Source: Octopus bimaculoides (taxonomy: Eukaryota). From it: a stretch of DNA of 64,000 nt. The number at the start of each line of letters is the position of its first letter. The first letter of the stretch is position 1. Shown here one piece after another: positions 23,050 to 34,470 of this stretch. The notes beneath the pieces are model-generated. The model made no database searches, was not told the DNA's origin, and was given only the letters and a program-made list of their open reading frames with translations. Location of the stretch: assembly GCF_001194135.2 (NCBI RefSeq), contig NC_068987.1:44257750-44321749 (forward strand). The letters run 5' to 3'. A program made the position numbers and the translations under genes.

Positions 23050-23973
23050 ACAAAAGTACAGACCTATAGCCTGTCTCCCTACAATCTACAAAGCCTTTAC
23101 TGCAATAATATCGCAGAGATTGAGTAAGCAAAACAAAAAACTGTTTTCAGTATTTAAGGAAGCTGACAAATACAAACAAGAAATCATACTACCTAATCAA
23201 TACGAAGAAAAAAAAAAGAAGAAGAAACAACAAAAGCTATAAAACAAATGAAATCCAAACTAAAACTAGAACAGCAACGGACCATGATAAAACGATGGCA
23301 AGAAAAGCCCCTACATGGTAAATACTGGGCTAAACTAAATGCAAAAGAAATAGACAGAGAAAAATCCCAGCAATGGTTGAGAAGCTCAGGACTCAAAGCA
23401 GAGACTGAACGATTTTTAATTGCTGCACAAGACCAAAGTCTCCCCATCAGAAATTACCAAAAACACATAATGAAAAGAAATATAACAAGTAACTGTAGAA
23501 TATGTGGAGATGGACAAGAAACAATAAATCATATTATCTCTGGCTGCCCAGTCCTGGCTANNNNNNNNNNNNNNNNNNNNNNNNNNNNNNNNNNNNNNNN
23601 NNNNNNNNNNNNNNNNNNNNNNNNNNNNNNNNNNNNNNNNNNNNNNNNNNNNNNNNNNNNNNNNNNNNNNNNNNNNNNNNNNNNNNNNNNNNNNNNNNNN
23701 NNNNNNNNNNNNNAAAACAGAAACAATTCCTATCATAGTAGGCGCCTTAGGTATAATAAAAAAATATTCAGACAAATACATAACAAAAACACCAGGTCTA
23801 ACAAATATATATAACATACAGAAAATTGCACTACTGGGCACTGCACGCATCCTACGCAAAACACTTTCAATACAGTAACCATAAGAGCATCACAGCAAAC
23901 CACAGCACATACCCAAGGCACACAGAGCTGCGCTCGGTAGTGAAGTGAAAGCACGTTATAAAAATAAAAATAC
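23050..23973 (+). mobile_element. R4/Dong-clade element, third subfamily: 3' end spanning a gap
   Basis: Reads EKPLHGKYW..SGLKAETERFLIAAQDQSL..CRICGDGQETINHIISGCPVLA and IQKIALLGTARILRKTL. Its 3'UTR is nearly identical to 61012-61128. Confidence 0.93.
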
Positions 23974-23974
23974 T

Positions 23975-25490
23975 TCCTCGAAGATGTACCGAGCCTCATG
24001 GCCCTGTATTTGGAGGGGAGTGCGCTGTACCTCGAAATGGATGAAGAACAGCTGAGCGCGGCGAAGATCGAGCATCGCTTGAGAGAGGCTTACACGGATG
24101 GAGAATACGTCGCTTTTGCTAAGCTGGGAACGATCAGATGGAGAGGAGAACAGGTCGACGAGTACGCTGCGGAAGTACGGAGGTTGGTTATGTTATCCAG
24201 TCTTACCAGTGAGGGACTTGAGAAAGTAGCGCGATTGGCTTTTGTGAACGGCTTTCCTAACGACGTTAGGGGAGCCGGACGAATCGAGACAAGGGGTAGC
24301 CGCGGTGTTCCAGTTAAATGACTCTGAGCTAAGGAGACCGCATGCCATGCATCATATGGGCGTGGNNNNNNNNNNNNNNNNNNNNNNNNNNNNNNNNNNN
24401 NNNNNNNNNNNNNNNNNNNNNNNNNNNNNNNNNNNNNNNNNNNNNNNNNNNNNNNNNNNNNNNNNNNNNNNNNNNNNNNNNNNNNNNNNNNNNNNNNNNN
24501 NNNNNNNNNNNNNNNNNNNNNNNNNNNNNNNNNNNNNNNNNNNNNNNNNNNNNNNNNNNNNNNNNNNNNNNNNNNNNNNNNNNNNNNNNNNNNNNNNNNN
24601 NNNNNNNNNNNNNNNNNNNNNNNNNNNNNNNNNNNNNNNNNNNNNNNNNNNNNNNNNNNNNNNNNNNNNNNNNNNNNNNNNNNNNNNNNNNNNNNNNNNN
24701 NNNNNNNNNNNNNNNNNNNNNNNNNNNNNNNNNNNNNNNNNNNNNNNNNNNNNNNNNNNNNNNNNNNNNNNNNNNNNNNNTCTCTCGATGGGCGATTGTC
24801 GGCCGGGCCGGATGGCCATTTGAAGGGAATTGAGGACAGGAACTGCGGACGAGATGGTACGTATTCTAAACGAGGTATTCTTAGAGTGGGGCCCTGTGGA
24901 CGAATTGCTGATGGACAACAGCACACCATTTCGTTCAGAGGCGCTGAAAGAGATACTTGACAGGTGGAAAGTGCACCACTTTTTCATAGCGACATACAGG
25001 CCGAGGGAAAATGGGATCGTGGAGAGACATCATCGAACGATCAAGGCCATGGCGGAGAGGGGACATGTCTCGCCGCCGGAAGCAGTGCTCTGGTACAACA
25101 TGTTGCCCCGATCAGGACAGGCCGAAGAGTCCGTGCCATATAGAGCGATATTCAAATATGAATGGCGACATCCGAGTAAAACATCGGGATGACTTGTAGA
25201 AGAGAGAGGGCTCAACTTCGTAGAGGTGGGAGATGAAATCTGGGTCAACTCAGTGGAACAGAGAAATAGTGACTGCTGTCCATTCCAAAAACAGCATCTC
25301 TGTGGATGAAATCTGCGTCGTCTTGGATGTTCGTAGGATTGTCGCTTCGTCGGATGATGATTGTGGAGAAGAGGAAGAGAATGAGGTTCCCAATTTAAGA
25401 AGATCACAACGTGCGAGGCGCCCACCCGGGTGGGTGGTAGATTTCGACATGGAGTGAAGTGAGGAGGTGAGTTTTGAGTTCAGGGGGCCG
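23975..25490 (+). mobile_element. GC-rich Ty3/Gypsy LTR retrotransposon: gag fragment, gap, integrase, PPT
   Basis: Gag-like ALYLEGSAL..RWRGEQVDEYAAEVRRL..FVNGFP. Integrase FLEWGPVDELLMDNSTPF..YRPRENGIVERHHRTIK (DDE). PPT-like cagggggccg immediately before TG at 25491. Confidence 0.88.
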
Positions 25491-25792
25491 TGTGGAGATG
25501 AGCCGGAAGAAGAGGGCCATGATGTCAATAGTCAAAGGACTGACCGGAAGAGGAAGCGTGAGAAGGGAAGTGCGGGGAGGAGAGGAGAGGGTCGTCCTCT
25601 TTTTGCCGGCCGAGACATTGCAAACAGACGTCAGGGAGTTCGCTCTCGGGTTGGAGATAACAGCTGCTTATTACTGGGTGAAAGGGTAGGGCAACATCGC
25701 CGGAGTTACTACTACTAGCCGGGTTAGGGACACGAGAGAGAGGAAGGTAAGTGAACCTCTTTTCATTTCCCACGAACGACAGAATATTAACA
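25491..25792 (+). repeat. Probable 3' LTR of the GC-rich Gypsy element
   Basis: Begins TGTGG right after the purine tract. The CA end at aatattaaca is tentative. Confidence 0.55.
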
Positions 25793-25888
25793 ATACAATA
25801 CTATCACCCCCAACAAGAACAAGAACAAAGACGACAAAAACAACAGGAACAGCCTCGATTCTGTCGATCCTTCTGCCAGAAATGGCAG

Positions 25889-26347
25889 TCAAATCACCCT
25901 TAAATTACATCTTACTATATTAGTCAGAAACAAAATCGACTGACTAGCCGCAGCTTGAATGGCTTCAATCATAGGTCTGCACAAACAGGAACAAAACAAC
26001 AAGACATCCACTAGGTGGTCGCTCGACCAGCTGAAAGTAGCAATCAAATCTCTCTGAAATCGAGCCTTACCATTTAACAAAAAGTGGATGAGCTGATTAA
26101 TGTTATCCGAGGAACACAATACTTGGAAACAGACCGGAATGGTCGTTGAAGGAATGCATTGAGCAAACATCGTCTCGTTAAGACCTGAGGAATCAAAACA
26201 ACAACAACAAAAACACAAAAACAACCACAAGATTAACGCCTCTGGGAACAACGAGAGAAGTAGTACCAACCAGAATATCGCTAATGACAGTAACAATAAC
26301 AAAAGGAGCGGTGATAATATTAACAACAATAATTGCCACAATAACAC
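25889..26347 (-). CDS. Unidentified 152-codon ORF: hydrophobic repeat-derived N-terminus plus about 90 aa of complex sequence
   Basis: Open frame with no homology I recognise. The N-terminus derives from a degenerate (AAC/AAT) tract. A motif cluster lies about 110 bp upstream. Confidence 0.15.
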   Translation of the reverse strand: MLLWQLLLLILSPLLLLLLLSLAIFWLVLLLSLFPEALILWLFLCFCCCCFDSSGLNETMFAQCIPSTTIPVCFQVLCSSDNINQLIHFLLNGKARFQRDLIATFSWSSDHLVDVLLFCSCLCRPMIEAIQAAASQSILFLTNIVRCNLRVI

Positions 26348-26452
26348 AATAAAGTAAAAATAAGATTGTCATAACTGCATCAGAGTGGCCTTGTTGTATC
26401 ACCTTTAATAGAATATAATGCAATAATGGACGAGGTCAATTGAATTATCTTC

Positions 26453-26473
26453 TGACGTCATTGGTCACGTGAT
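26453..26473. promoter_or_regulatory. Overlapping CRE (TGACGTCA), inverted CCAAT (ATTGG) and E-box (GTCACGTGAT) cluster
   Basis: tgacgtcattggtcacgtgat read directly. Function is inferred. Confidence 0.35.
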
Positions 26474-27231
26474 GATCAGCTAATTTACTGTATCAAGAAA
26501 CCATCCAACATTCAGCATCTAAAAACGATGAAGATCGCATACATTCCACACATTGACACGCATATATACATATTCACTCAACCATGCACATACATATGTT
26601 GTGCACTCGTACACATACAGCTTCGCACACGCGAACACCCACAAACAAACTCAAGCATACGCACACATACAAACATGCGCACACACACATTTGCGCTAAC
26701 AGGCTGTCTGAAAGATAACATTTAGTCAAAGACACGTAGTTATATATTATGGCTAGCATACCCGTGTCGTCAAAAATACCGACAATTCTATTAATGATAG
26801 AAATACGGTGCATCAAAACAATGGGAGAAACTATTGCTAAATGTCAGCTATCGAGTAAATATATGTACTTACACAAAATTGAAGAACTTGAACAAATAGA
26901 TATAGTTCTGATATTTCGATTGAAAATGTTATCGTCCACGTACACTATGTATGTAGGTGGAATATGAAACACACTTTTCCATGCTCACATGAATCAGACA
27001 GATTCCCATTGCTGACCGTCACCTGTTTCCACTTGACTTAATATTTCACCAGGCCCAAAAATGATTATGTGGAAGATTGAAAACGAAGAACACCTCTTGC
27101 ATTCACTCGCTTCCAACTATTCTCGACGTCAAAGCAATGAGACGGTAAAACAAACACACACGTACATACATACATATATATCTCCATATTTGTGTGTGTG
27201 TGTTTAAATGCATATTTATGCATTGCATCAA

Positions 27232-27285
<54 letters not shown>

Positions 27286-27364
27286 TATACACACATATAT
27301 ATATACAAACACACACACAAAATAATATGGGTGACTTATTAGCAATTTAACAACCTAAAGGCAA

Positions 27365-27653
27365 ATTAATAGACGTCACTAAAGTGACAGAGGGTACTAA
27401 TTAGTACTTGTATTGGTAGAAATGAGTTAAAACAACTCAATGGCTATAAAGCACTATCTTAATGACTGACAAGGGGAAGTAAGTCCCTAGCAGATATAGC
27501 CAAATCGATGATTTTGGATTTTGATGCGTATTAGAGGCTTACCTCCCCTTGTCAGTCATTAAGATAGTGCTTTGTGGCTACTAAGTTGTTTTGATTCTTA
27601 TTTCTATCAATACTGGCACTAATTAGTACCCTCTGTCACTTTAGTGACATCTA

Positions 27654-27658
<5 letters not shown>
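27365..27658. mobile_element. Foldback/MITE, 294 bp, with long near-perfect inverted arms
   Basis: attaatagacgtcactaaagtgacagagggtactaattagt...cttaatgactgacaagggg pairs with ccccttgtcagtcattaag...actaattagtaccctctgtcactttagtgacatctattaat. Arms are about 125 bp, and the element abuts (TA)n. Confidence 0.9.
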
Positions 27659-27696
<38 letters not shown>

Positions 27697-27763
27697 CTAT
27701 ATATACATATAAAAAATAGATGAATAGTTACCAGGGTAGCAAAAAATCACACAAGTAAAACGG

Positions 27764-27781
27764 TTAGGGTTAGGGTTAGGG
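27764..27781 (+). repeat. (TTAGGG)3 interstitial telomere-like motif inside an interspersed repeat
   Basis: ttagggttagggttaggg read directly. Confidence 0.8.
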
Positions 27782-28039
27782 TAGAAACTCCGGGTTTACG
27801 TGAAATATTTTGTATAATATTATTAACTCAAACACGGTTAGGATTGGTTTTTCCAACACAAAAAATCTCTTACAAATTGTCTCTTCACATAATATTAGCC
27901 TGTTAAATAGTGATACATTTACTAATACTACCATTTATTTAGCTAATACCATCCACCCATCCCCCTAGAAATATTAATAGCAAGGTTATTGTATCTGAAG
28001 TCAATTACAACAGAATCAAGTTTATGTCAAGTAACTCTA

Positions 28040-28373
28040 AAATTAAAAATTCTATATACCAGTGTAAAATTACTTCTTGTAATGAAGTATTTTTTTTTAT
28101 ATAGGCAGCTCATCTTCTCAGTTGTCTAAAAGAATTTCTAATCATTACTCTACCTTTAGGGATAGGAATAAACATAACAATACAGAGCTTAGTAAATTAA
28201 TTTGGTATCTCTCAATCTCGATACCTTATGATAAAGGCAAGGAATTCTGTCTTCTCTGTAATTCTGAACTATTTTTTATTCTTTTTTCTAAAAATCCCCT
28301 TGTAAACACGGTTATAGAGCATGCATACCGATGTAAACATTGGCAGAAACACAGCTTTAGTTCATATAAGTGA
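28040..28373 (+). mobile_element. PLE GIY-YIG endonuclease fragment, same type as 1-1500
   Basis: Reads SIYQCKI..FYIGSSSSQLSKRISNHYSTF..TELSKLIW..CLLCNSE..RCKH. Confidence 0.85.
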
Positions 28374-28389
28374 TATCTATCATTACATA

Positions 28390-28915
28390 TAATTTAAATG
28401 TTAGTATTGAAGGAGAACTTCAGTACTTTATTCCATAAGTGTAAAGACTTAATACATGCTTTTTATTTCATCGGATCTTGTTCATCTCGGAATGACTGGT
28501 AATGTCTGTCTGAAGTCTCCTGATAAAACTAATGTAAATCCTCCCAGAGATTTATTGTTGCCTCTGATGTCCTGTAAGGTCTTATCAAGAGCTTCCATTG
28601 CACCTCTGTGTAACATGGTGCATTCATTCCAAATGATAAGGTGGCATTGGCAGAACACTTCTGCTGAACCTGAATTTTCGCTTATGTTACATATTGGACT
28701 GTCATTTGTGACCAGGTTTAGTAGCAATTTAAAAGCAGAATGAGCTTTTCGTTCTCCTGAGAGAATAGTGGCAGCAAAGCCAGACAATGGTACAGCAAGT
28801 GCAATTCTTTTTTGTTACCTTACCTTGGAGAGAAGCAATGTTACAAATGTTTTACCTGTGCCACCAGGAGCATCAAGAAAGAAAATTCCTCTGCTTTTTT
28901 CTGGCGATTGTGGAA
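28390..28915 (-). mobile_element. Helitron PIF1-family helicase fragment
   Basis: Reads FFLDAPGGTGKTF (Walker A), SGFAATILSGERKAHSAFKL, LIIWNECTM, LGGFTLVLSGDFRQTLPVIPR. Confidence 0.93.
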
Positions 28916-28932
28916 CGCCACACACGCGCGCG

Positions 28933-28968
<36 letters not shown>

Positions 28969-29084
28969 TATACACATACAGTATCAAACATCAGATGACA
29001 TGGATGTGTGTGAGAGAGAGAGCGAGTGAAGGGGTGTTGTCATGTATACGTACATACATAAATAAATTGGCATTAAAAATGTAA

Positions 29085-29390
29085 TGGGTCGATTTATTCG
29101 GCTAAAAATCTTTCAACGCAGTGCCCCAGCATGGCCGCAGTCTAATAAATGAAACAAGTAAAAGGCTAAAGATAAAATATACAAGGAAACGTAGCGTATT
29201 ATATAGATTGTTGTTGAGCAACGCAATAGGGTAGGTAGTTTGAGGTTCGTAGTTTTGTTGGGCGTCGGAACAATAAGTTCATTTTGGTATTTGCTCCAGC
29301 TCGTTACGTCTCGAGTTCAAATATCGCAGAAGTCAACTTTGTTTTTTATTCCTCTGGTATTAGTAAAATAAAGTACCAGTCAATTTCTTG
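29085..29390 (+). mobile_element. Two degraded SINE fragments
   Basis: gggtcgatttattcg..ccccagcatggccgcagtc (compare 43540-43620) and gagttcaaat..aactttg..taaaataaagtaccag (compare the 911 family). Confidence 0.65.
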
Positions 29391-29746
29391 TCTTGGTGTT
29401 ATCAACTACCTCCATCCTTCAAATTGTCTGTATTTATGCGTGCATACATGTGTGTATAAATATAAGTATACATGTATGTATTTGTATATATGCTAAGGTC
29501 TTGCCTATCAGATGATGGTTAACTTTGAGAGTATACGTTTACCACTGTTTGTATCTAATATAATATAGCATACACACAATAATCATAATTTAAATTCTAT
29601 CAAATTATACAAAAATGATGAAATGGATGCTAATTTTCAAAAGAAAATTTATCATCTTTGAATGAAATTAGATAAACCGATATTCAAGAAGAAATGAAAA
29701 CAAAATTATTTTCCATGTTGATTTTATGGCAGTTCACACACAAACA

Positions 29747-29749
29747 GTC

Positions 29750-29780
<31 letters not shown>

Positions 29781-29885
29781 CTCCCTCTCTCTCTACCTAT
29801 CTCTTTCTTTGTCTTGTTCTCTTTCTTTCTTTATCTCTCTCTTTCTCTCTCCCTCTTTCTCTCTCCCTCTCCCCCTCTCTCTCTC

Positions 29886-29921
<36 letters not shown>
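29747..29921. repeat. (CT)n-rich tract plus (TA)n
   Basis: Read directly from the sequence. Confidence 0.95.
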
Positions 29922-29924
<3 letters not shown>

Positions 29925-30201
29925 TGGCACTCCGTCGGTTACGACGACAAGTGTTCCAGTTGATCCGATCAGCGGAACAACCTGCTCGTGAAATTAACGT
30001 ACAAGTGGCTGAGCACTCCACTGGCACGTGTACCCTTAACGTAGTTCTCTGAGGAGATTCAGCGTGACACAGAGTGTGACAAGGCTGGCCCTTTGAAATA
30101 TAGGTACAACAGAAACAGGAAGAAAGAGTGAGAGAAAGTTATAGTGAAGGAGTACAGTAGGGTTCACCACCATCCCCTGCTGAAGCCTCGTGGAGCTTTA
30201 G
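29922..30201 (-). mobile_element. SINE, 5'-truncated copy of the 13325-13713 family
   Basis: Close nucleotide match to about 13333-13608. Confidence 0.92.
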
Positions 30202-31379
30202 GTATGTATATATGCATATATATTTTTTTATTTATATTATTATATGATTGAACGCCACGCATTCTCTTCCAAGTAAGTTTTATCTTAATAATTCTGATGC
30301 GCACTCTATACGATCTTTTTACTCTTTCGTTTTTTCTCTCTTTCTTATTCTTTTACCGCCTCTTCTCCCACTATTCTATCCTATTATTCTGTCACTCTCT
30401 CTCCCTCACTCTCCCTCCCTTGCTCACGTGGCTCCCACGTGACCATCAGCCATCTTTCTTTCTTTCCGTTGTAGCTGGAACAAGGAAGACGTGTTATTGT
30501 TTGTCTCCTTCCTAGCTTGATTTACGCGTTCGCCACCACAAACTCGTTTAGACTTAGCAGCCCTTCCTGTTTGTTTTCACTGTCTTGTTTGTGTTACCTA
30601 TTTTGACCCTCCTCAAAATCCCAAATTTTATTTAATTTACTTTGCGGAAGCAACTGTTTCATCGAAAGTGTATATTGTTGTTAAATGCTTGAAATATGAA
30701 ACTAGAAAAACAGCCAACAACTGATGAAGGCTGGTTCTTTATGTTGTTTATTTTGTTTTCCATTTGTGTCTTTCGTTGTTCGAAAGAATAGTTCACGCTA
30801 CATGTACTTGTCCTTCGTACTTTTTTGATGTACNNNNNNNNNNNNNNNNNNNNNNNNNNNNNNNNNNNNNNNNNNNNNNNNNNNNNNNNNNNNNNNNNNN
30901 NNNNNNNNNNNNNNNNNNNNNNNNNNNNNNNNNNNNNNNNNNNNNNNNNNNNNNNNNNNNNNNNNNNNNNNNNNNNNNNNNNNNNNNNNNNNNNNNNNNN
31001 NNNNNNNNNNNNNNNNNNNNNNNNNTATATGTTTATATATATATAGATAAAAAGTGTAGGTGGCATACGAGTGGGTATATATTTATAAAAAAGAAGTTTG
31101 AAAACGCCACTATATAAAATAAATTTTAATTTTTAATTTTCTCAGAGATATTTTACATGTTTCGGTTCTTGTAAAAACGAACCTTATCAAAAATACATAT
31201 TTTTTAAAATGTAATTAAAAGAGAAGTTCATAATTGTTTCTTACTGGTGTCAACAGAGTCCACGTGGAAACGTTTTATGTAGTAGTAGTGACCGTGTTGG
31301 TAATGGTAAACGGGAGTGACCACTGTCCGTTATAGCAGCAGTAGTTAATTGGCTGTAGTAGTAGAGGAAGAAGCAGCAG

Positions 31380-31383
31380 CATC

Positions 31384-31418
<35 letters not shown>

Positions 31419-31455
31419 CGACCGTAATAGCAGCAGTAGCAGAGACTGTTGGTCA

Positions 31456-31487
<32 letters not shown>

Positions 31488-31523
31488 ACCGTAATAGTAG
31501 TAGTAGCATAGCAGAGACTGTTG

Positions 31524-31565
<42 letters not shown>

Positions 31566-31600
31566 ACCGTAATAGCAGCAGTAGCAGAGACTGTTGGTCG
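31380..31600. repeat. Compound minisatellite: constant core gaccgtaatagcagcagtagcagagactgttggt x3 separated by (AGT)n
   Basis: Three cores starting near 31420, 31487 and 31565. Confidence 0.9.
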
Positions 31601-31739
31601 TATTATTACAAGTTCTTAATTTATGCGAGTTGGAAGTTCTAACGAGTAGTTGTTTAGCCAGAAAGTGATCGCTTCTATTCCTAAGGTATGGGGGATGTTT
31701 GAATAAAGGTTAACTACGTCGAAGGATACTAGTAGGGCT

Positions 31740-32310
31740 TTCTCATTGACTGTTTTTTTTTTGGGGGGGGGGGGGGTTAAGCATGTCTATATCGTCTCTT
31801 ATGTAGCTTTTGATGTACTTAAGGAAAGGTTTTAGAAGTGTGACTAAGAAGTTGCTGAGGCGGTGAGTTTCGCATGCTAGGCCTGCTATTATCGGTCTAA
31901 GTTTTAGATCATTCGGTGAGGGGGTTTTGATGATTATGTCAGTAGTTTTTTTACATGCTTCACTAATTATTTTGCTTATGTGGACTTTAGGGATACCGTA
32001 GAATAAACTTGATTTGCACTTGAAGTTGGTGATGTAATCGTACTCCTTGTCTGTGAGTCCTTCTCGGTATGAATTGATTAATGTCCTGAGGTTATTCATT
32101 ATTTTTGGTTGATTATAATGTTGGGCCCGTTCGTAGTGTGTCTCATCTCCTAATAGGGATAGTACTAATTTTTTATAATCATTTGTGTTCATTAGAACTA
32201 CCGTGTTACCCTTATCTGCCTCCTTGATCGTTATGGTTTTATCTTCTCTTAGTTTGATGAGGTCGTTCCATTCTCTTTTGTTGAAGTTTGGTCTGTATTT
32301 TTGCCTGTTT
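31740..32310 (-). mobile_element. PLE reverse transcriptase N-terminal part, Naiad-like type
   Basis: Reads PNFNKREWNDLIKLREDKTITIKEADKGNTVVLMNTNDY and FYGIPKVH-(about 25-aa insert)-DLKLRPIIAG..THRLSNFL..LLKPFL..SYIRDD. Confidence 0.85.
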
Positions 32311-33763
32311 GCAATGGAACATAACCAGGAAAAACGGGTCCGTTCGTGCTACAGATCATGATGGGAGGGATAACTTCCCTTGGCAAACAGGACACAGTAG
32401 TGTGTCGATAAGCCAGCTGGAGGAGATGTCCTCCTGGGGCTAAAAGCAACAGTAACATCCACCCCTAGGTGTCAGCCACACTTAAGTGGCAATATACTAC
32501 ACTTTATCGTGCAGTTACTGTTAATACTTCATTTAGAGAATTAACATTGCTTGTTTTCACCTTCTCGATATCAGTGAAGAATTTCACTGGAAAAGTATAT
32601 ATAAGATTGCCAAGAAATTATCTCTCTCATCAAGGATCAGTGGCTATCGGACGCCGACGAAGGGAAATAACCCTGAAACCCGGGTCCATNNNNNNNNNNN
32701 NNNNNNNNNNNNNNNNNNNNNNNNNNNNNNNNNNNNNNNNNNNNNNNNNNNNNNNNNNNNNNNNNNNNNNNNNNNNNNNNNNNNNNNNNNNNNNNNNNNN
32801 NNNNNNNNNNNNNNNNNNNNNNNNNNNNNNNNNNNNNNNNNNNNNNNNNNNNNNNNNNNNNNNNNNNNNNNNNNNNNNNNNNNNNNNNNNNNNNNNNNNN
32901 NNNNNNNNNNNNNNNNNNNNNNNNNNNNNNNNNNNNNNNNNNNNNNNNNNNNNNNNNNNNNNNNNNNNNNNNNNNNNNNNNNNNNNNNNNNNNNNNNNNN
33001 NNNNNNNNNNNNNNNNNNNNNNNNNNNNNNNNNNNNNNNNNNNNNNNNNNNNNNNNNNNNNNNNNNNNNNNNNNNNNNNNNNNNNNNNNNNNNNNNNNNN
33101 NNNNNNNNNNNNNNNNNNNNNNNNNNNNNNNNNNNNNNNNNNNNNNNNNNNNNNNNNNNNNNNNNNNNNNNNNNNNNNNNNNNNNNNNNNNNNNNNNNNN
33201 NNNNNNNNNNNNNNNNNNNNNNNNNNNNNNNNNNNNNNNNNNNNNNNNNNNNNNNNNNNNNNNNNNNNNNNNNNNNNNNNNNNNNNNNNNNNNNNNNNNN
33301 NNNNNNNNNNNNNNNNNNNNNNNNNNNNNNNNNNNNNNNNNNNNNNNNNNNNNNNNNNNNNNNNNNNNNNNNNNNNNNNNNNNNNNNNNNNNNNNNNNNN
33401 NNNNNNNNNNNNNNNNNNNNNNNNNNNNNNNNNNNNNNNNNNNNNNNNNNNNNNNNNNNNNNNNNNNNNNNNNNNNNNNNNNNNNNNNNNNNNNNNNNNN
33501 NNNNNNNNNNNNNNNNNNNNNNNNNNNNNNNNNNNNNNNNNNNNNNNNNNNNNNNNNNNNNNNNNNNNNNNNNNNNNNNNNNNNNNNNNATATATATATA
33601 TATATAAATGTTTTTAAGAGATTAATTTTGAAAGCTGCATTTCCTCGCTTTCGGTAAATATGTTGCTTATTTTTTGACTTAATTAGTCCCTCTAAGCGTG
33701 AGGCATTACTACATAGTTAATGCCCTTTATATAAATTATATATATATATGTATGTATGTATGT

Positions 33764-33903
33764 ATACGACGGGTTTGCTTGAGTTTCCGTCTACCAAATC
33801 CACTTACAAGGCTTTGGTCAGCCAAAGAAAACACTTGACCAAGGTGTCCACGATGTCACGGAACTATGTGATTGAGCAGCAAACTTCTTACCCCCACAAC
33901 CAC
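33764..33903 (-). mobile_element. tRNA-derived SINE (gtggctgtgtggtaagaag family)
   Basis: tatacgacggg..gtttccgtctaccaaatccac..caaggctttggtc. Homologous to 43201-43340 (+) and 55247-55350 (-). Confidence 0.85.
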
Positions 33904-34092
33904 GCTTGTGCTTTCGTGACATTTATTAATACCGTACTCCCATTTGTTATTTGTTAAAACGAAATTCGAGTCTCGATGCACAAGAAACAGAGAGTAATAC
34001 ATTTACTGATATTGCGGAAACTTGCCGAGCAGTAAAAATATTCGGTGTACGCAATCGAAGCGCTATTAAACTAAAATCGCCATTTGTGTGTG

Positions 34093-34470
34093 ATACGTAA
34101 CGTTCTACACCGTCCAAAGGTATATCTTGGTTTTTGTCTGAGAGAAAATTTCACAATATATACCGGAGCGAGCCGACTATCGTTCCAGCAGTGCCCACGA
34201 GATTTTCTGGCGCATTTCGCCCTTCTTGAGTCCTAGCCATGACGTGCACTCGCTTGTCACATGCCTTGACGAAATTTATTACCTCCAATATATAGGTAAA
34301 AGGAAACAGGGAACAATACATTCACTGGGGTCACAACTGGTATTATATTCATCTCGCTCCGATGTACATTGAGTTTTTAACAATATAAGCAATATGATTT
34401 TGAAGGCATTTCCTCTCAGACAGAAACCCCATCGCATCATGTCTTTCAACGGTGTGTATACGTTACGTAT
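34093..34470. mobile_element. MITE with terminal inverted repeats
   Basis: atacgtaacgttctacaccgt pairs with acggtgtgtatacgttacgtat, and ggtttttgtctgagagaaaa pairs with tttcctctcagacagaaacc. Confidence 0.8.

Noticed and set aside
30245-30650. Possible solo LTRs (also 39920-40170)
   Set aside because: They have a pyrimidine-rich LTR-like look, but I could not fix TG..CA ends, a TSD or a matching internal region.
31380-31600. CRISPR-like repeat-spacer appearance (also the 17-bp x3 repeat at 3593)
   Set aside because: The spacers are (AGT)n or absent, there are no cas genes, and the context is eukaryotic.
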